Shown piece by piece: positions 1 to 2,257 of a stretch of DNA of 2,257 nucleotides (within the stretch, counting starts at the first letter, position 1; each line of letters starts with the position of its first letter). Both the position numbers and the translations under genes were made by a program. The notes below the pieces were generated by a model, which did no database searches, was not told the DNA's origin, and saw nothing but the letters and a program-made list of their open reading frames with translations. This stretch comes from a plasmid. The stretch is taken from the NCBI RefSeq assembly GCF_056746865.1, contig NZ_JBWKMP010000010.1. One strand, 5' to 3'.

Positions 1-837
1 AACGTCCTTAAGCACACCACCCGTCGCCACAAAACGGCGCTTATGTACCTGGCGTGTTAACTCTAGGAACCATTCAGGATCGACCAGCATGTCGGCGGGC
101 TTTGTAGAATATTTCAGTGTTTCAACCACCACCCCGCGCAGTTGATCCACCACAGAACAGGGCAACGATTCACCGTCTTTCGGTTTTCTGGACTTCACAA
201 CCCTGATGTCGACGTTCGGGTCATACTCCACCCGCAGACAGTCGCGCCACAACTCCACCCATCGGGCATGTTTCACATAACCATCACCGGACAACATCGA
301 GGGGGAAACCATCAGCAGGGTGTGGAAATGGGGATGAGCACTGCCGTCCTTGCCGCGGGTGACTTCCGTCGTGCGCACCCAACCCAGCACGCCGCGAAAC
401 TCTTTGCGATCTTTCAGGCGCTGGAAGGCCGCATTCATCACGGTCAGGGTGTCGCCAAGCTCCGTAATCGGACAGTTACGGACGGTCAGGGTCAGGAACA
501 GCCAGCGTGCATCAGGATATTCCGCAACGATCTTTGGCAGGGACTGATAGAAACGGGCTTGCCACATCAGGGAACGCCTCCACTGACAGATCGGACAGTG
601 CCGGACCCGACAGAACCGCGCATCACGTAACCGCAGGCGCGTTTCTCCGGTTTCCTCGTTGGTGGACCACCCAAAACGCAGAATGCCGCTACAACCCTCC
701 ACGCGTTCGCCGTAGCGTTCAAATCCGGCAGCCCGCAGATAAATTCCGCCCACATCATCGGAAATACTCCGGTGCTCATCCCACGTTTTGTCCGCAGGGG
801 AGTAATCCGCCAGATTCTGAAGTTCAGGGTTTTCCAT
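1..837 (-). CDS. Rolling-circle replication initiator, Rep_1 (pC194/pUB110-type HUH) family; 5' partial gene, start at 837, 3' end beyond window start
   Basis: Manual translation of the minus strand from ATG (complement of 835-837) is open for 279 codons to position 1: MENPELQNLADYSP...FLTLTVRN...HPHFHTLLMV...VETLKYSTKP.... It carries a Cys cluster CRVRHCPIC (612-586), motif I FLTLTVRN (498-475), HUH motif HPHFHTLL (336-313) and catalytic Tyr motif KYSTK (114-100) with Glu four residues upstream, the same layout as pC194 RepA. An in-frame TAG (850-852) sits just upstream of the ATG. Not in the ORF track because no stop lies inside the window. Confidence 0.9.
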   Translation of the reverse strand, partial: MENPELQNLADYSPADKTWDEHRSISDDVGGIYLRAAGFERYGERVEGCSGILRFGWSTNEETGETRLRLRDARFCRVRHCPICQWRRSLMWQARFYQSLPKIVAEYPDARWLFLTLTVRNCPITELGDTLTVMNAAFQRLKDRKEFRGVLGWVRTTEVTRGKDGSAHPHFHTLLMVSPSMLSGDGYVKHARWVELWRDCLRVEYDPNVDIRVVKSRKPKDGESLPCSVVDQLRGVVVETLKYSTKPADMLVDPEWFLELTRQVHKRRFVATGGVLKDV

Positions 838-845
838 GCCTGCCG

Positions 846-850
846 CTCCC
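846..850 (-). promoter_or_regulatory. Shine-Dalgarno (GGGAG) for rep, 8 nt upstream of the ATG
   Basis: Minus strand reads ctaGGGAGcggcaggcATG; purine-rich core with 8-nt spacing. Confidence 0.6.
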
Positions 851-872
851 TAGTGCGCGACAGGCGAAATTA

Positions 873-889
873 CGTGTTATCATTCCAAT
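873..889. repeat. Direct repeat copy 1 (CGTGTTATCATTCCAAT), iteron-like, upstream of rep
   Basis: 15 of 17 positions identical to the copy at 903-919; exactly 30 bp apart. Confidence 0.7.
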
Positions 890-902
890 ATCACCTGTAT
901 AT

Positions 903-919
903 CGAGTTATCAATCCAAT
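903..919. repeat. Direct repeat copy 2 (CGAGTTATCAATCCAAT), iteron-like, upstream of rep
   Basis: 15 of 17 positions identical to the copy at 873-889; minus-strand reading ATTGGATTGATAACTCG contains TTGATAA. Confidence 0.7.
907..913 (-). promoter_or_regulatory. Candidate rolling-circle nick-site motif TTGATAA (resembles the CTTG|ATA core of pC194/pUB110/phiX174 origins)
   Basis: Minus strand (the rep coding strand) reads GGATTGATAACTCGATATAC, about 70 nt upstream of the rep start and inside a direct repeat. Match to the consensus is partial (A instead of C before TTGATA). Confidence 0.3.
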
Positions 920-935
920 TTCTCAGGTGGTCATC

Positions 936-974
936 CCCCCGAACGACGCCCATCGTTGCGGGGGTTTATTTTTT
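936..974 (+). terminator. GC-rich hairpin plus T-run (intrinsic-terminator-like) on the + strand, antisense to the rep leader
   Basis: Stem 936-946 pairs with 953-964 (11 bp, one bulged G at 958, six G:C pairs at the base), loop cgccca (947-952), then TTTATTTTTT (965-974). No T-run follows it on the minus strand. Confidence 0.45.
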
Positions 975-1420
975 GACCGCTAAAACCAAAATACACTCAA
1001 AACCATTTCGGAGCAAATTGCCGTTCAGCCCAGTCCTGACAAGGTCTAGAGGCAAATTTGAATCCCAGAGTTATCCCTTAAGTATAAATACAAGGATCGC
1101 GCGCGAGATTTGCTCAAATTTCGAGCTATTTTTTTAGCCCCCCAAAGCCACACATCCCACCCACTTACACCCATCTCATCCACAGACTTTCACCCCGAAT
1201 TTGTGAACAACAAAAACAGCCTCACAGGTGGTTGGCCTCACTCCGTGACACCAACCACCACCACCAGTATCTTCCCCGTGCCATCGTCAATCACAAAATC
1301 GGAACCCACGCCGGAGGCGCGGGACCCCGCGATTTTCTGTTTGACGAGTTCGGGAACGGTGAGCGGGACGCGGAATTTTTTCGCGTGCCGTGAGGCGTTG
1401 GCGGGGTGTCGGGGCGAAGC

Positions 1421-1478
1421 CCTGACCAGGTGGGGAATGTCTGAGCGAGCGTGCGCGGTCCGACATTCCCACATCCTG
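1421..1478. repeat. Left arm of a perfect 58-bp inverted repeat (partner 1826-1883)
   Basis: cctgaccaggtggggaatgtctgagcgagcgtgcgcggtccgacattcccacatcctg is the exact reverse complement of 1826-1883. Imperfect similarity continues about 17 bp outward (to about 1403) and a few bp inward. Confidence 0.95.
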
Positions 1479-1586
1479 CCCCGATTTTTTCGCCAGAACG
1501 CTGGCAGAGCATCGGCAGTTCTGCGCCGTTAAGCCCTCCGCAGGAGCGCACAGTTTCCCGACGAAGGAGAGAAACGTCTAAGTACG

Positions 1587-1616
1587 CATCCGCACTTAAC
1601 TCGCGGATGATTTTTG
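1587..1616 (+). terminator. Intrinsic-terminator-like hairpin inside the inverted-repeat spacer (+ strand)
   Basis: Stem catccgc (1587-1593) pairs with gcggatg (1603-1609), 7 bp; loop of 9 nt; followed by ATTTTTGG (1610-1617). No T-run in the minus-strand orientation. Confidence 0.4.
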
Positions 1617-1825
1617 GCACCGCAGCCACCACAGCTACGCAAAAATTTCGGCGACCGGACAGCAAATCATTCTGCCGTTTTCGTGACGCAGCCGTTCCGC
1701 GCAATCGACAAACTGGCAGTACAGAAAACTCACGAAGTGCGCACTTATACAAACTTCACTTTGTTTCGTTTGTCGTGCGGTCTGCGACGCTCAAAAAAAC
1801 CGAGAAACGGCGGGAACTTTCGGGA

Positions 1826-1883
1826 CAGGATGTGGGAATGTCGGACCGCGCACGCTCGCTCAGACATTCCCCACCTGGTCAGG
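1826..1883. repeat. Right arm of a perfect 58-bp inverted repeat (partner 1421-1478)
   Basis: Exact reverse complement of 1421-1478; imperfect similarity continues outward to about 1900. The arms are separated by a 347-bp spacer (1479-1825). Confidence 0.95.
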
Positions 1884-2052
1884 ACTGCGCCCGACACCCT
1901 CGACACCGTGCCAAATGCACGTTAAAAAATCATTGCGCGCTTCTGGCAAACCTTCAGAGTCTGTTGCCGTGATAGCCAATATGTCAGAAGCGCGCTAAAA
2001 ACGATTCTGACGCGGTGAAGCATCAAATGTAAGGGGATTGCATTCCGGTAAT

Positions 2053-2077
2053 AAAAAAACGCGCCTGAGCGCGTTTT
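2053..2077. terminator. Bidirectional rho-independent terminator, probably ending the minus-strand ORF at 2105-2257
   Basis: aaaaaaaCGCGCctgaGCGCGtttt: 5-bp G:C stem (2060-2064 with 2069-2073), 4-nt loop, extendable by A:T pairs, flanked by A7 on the left and T4 on the right. In the minus orientation the hairpin is followed by seven T, 28 nt after the TAA stop at 2105-2107. Confidence 0.65.
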
Positions 2078-2104
2078 AGAGGCCTTAAAATCGATTTTTA
2101 GATG

Positions 2105-2257
2105 TTATTTCTGTTTTGGCTTATCCATTGTGCGATCGCGGCGATACTTTTTAGCCACCGCCCGCCATGAAAACGCCAGACGCGATCCGTCATCCGCACC
2201 CTCTGCCATGCCATCTGCCATAATCAAATCCTCGTTCGTTTCCCGCTCCAGTTGCAA
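2105..2257 (-). CDS. 3' end of an unidentified minus-strand ORF (open to the window edge), or a complete 38-aa basic small ORF starting at ATG 2219-2221
   Basis: Minus frame from 2257 is open for 50 codons (...LQLERETNEDLIMADGMAEGADDGSRLAFSWRAVAKKYRRDRTMDKPKQK*) and ends at TAA (complement of 2105-2107). The other two minus frames hit stops within 11 and 22 codons. An internal ATG (2219-2221) has GAGGA (2229-2233) 7 nt upstream. A strong terminator lies just downstream. Confidence 0.45.
   Translation of the reverse strand: MQLERETNEDLIMADGMAEGADDGSRLAFSWRAVAKKYRRDRTMDKPKQK

Noticed and set aside
142-630. ORF-track + strand ORF (162 aa), and the overlapping + strand ORFs 350..547 and 507..983
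   Set aside because: They lie antisense to or overlap the Rep_1 ORF, which has unmistakable conserved motifs. Their translations are low-complexity and R/H/G-rich with no recognisable domains; they are shadow ORFs of a GC-rich gene.
567-779. Minus-strand 70-aa ORF from the track
   Set aside because: Same strand as rep but out of frame with it, and entirely inside the rep coding region; the rep frame carries the conserved motifs.
876-920. Resemblance of the direct repeats to DnaA boxes (TTATNCACA) or IHF sites (WATCAANNNNTTR)
   Set aside because: Only partial matches (TTATCATTC; TATCAA followed by the wrong 3' half); an initiator-binding iteron is the simpler reading.
772-1137. ORF-track + strand ORF (121 aa) spanning the rep start and upstream region
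   Set aside because: It begins inside the rep gene on the opposite strand and runs through the direct repeats and hairpin-terminator; no ribosome-binding site and implausible composition.
1421-1883. Possibility that the repeated elements are a CRISPR array
   Set aside because: There are only two copies, in inverted rather than direct orientation, with a 347-bp spacer; no regularly spaced direct repeats anywhere in the window.
1403-1900. Retron msr/msd locus (inverted repeats flanking a structured non-coding RNA)
   Set aside because: Retron flanking repeats are much shorter, and no reverse transcriptase ORF is present or plausible in the adjacent sequence; the neighbouring gene is a Rep_1 initiator.
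1384-1912. CGTGCC hexamer at 1384-1389 and 1907-1912 as a possible target-site duplication flanking the inverted-repeat unit
   Set aside because: A 6-bp match at loosely defined boundaries is easily chance, and the repeat ends are not sharply defined because similarity decays gradually.
1110-1972. Overlapping ORF-track calls in the non-coding region (1110..1532 +, 1451..1972 +, 1614..1925 +, 1238..1474 -, 1287..1472 -, 1291..1752 -)
   Set aside because: They overlap each other in several frames, lack ribosome-binding sites, and translate to low-complexity Arg/Pro/Ser/Thr-rich sequence. The shared peptide MWECRTAHARSDIPHLVR appears on both strands only because of the inverted repeat.
1915-1998. 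27-codon + strand ORF (MHVKKSLRASGKPSESVAVIANMSEAR)
   Set aside because: No Shine-Dalgarno sequence upstream, very short, and it begins within the outer edge of the inverted-repeat extension; most likely chance.
838-2104. tRNA, rRNA or tmRNA genes in the non-coding region
   Set aside because: No cloverleaf-compatible segment with a conserved T-loop GTTC or 3' CCA context was found by eye, and no rRNA-like conserved blocks.

Overview
The window has three parts. (1) 1-837, minus strand: the first 279 codons of a rolling-circle replication initiator of the pC194/pUB110 type (Rep_1, HUH family), starting at 837 and running off the window start. (2) 838-2104: about 1.27 kb with no credible protein-coding ORF but many DNA-level signals. 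Upstream of rep are two 17-bp direct repeats 30 bp apart, one carrying a TTGATAA motif like the pC194/phiX174 nick site, and a GC-rich hairpin with a T-run; together a candidate double-strand origin. Further right are a C-rich, G-poor block and a perfect 58-bp inverted repeat pair (1421-1478 and 1826-1883) enclosing 347 bp, with a nested hairpin in each arm and a terminator-like hairpin and a 12-bp palindrome in the spacer. (3) 2053-2257: a bidirectional intrinsic terminator and the 3' end of a minus-strand ORF. All ORFs in the supplied track are judged non-coding. The most likely context is a small rolling-circle plasmid or an integrated rolling-circle replicon; I cannot name the element or host without a database search.
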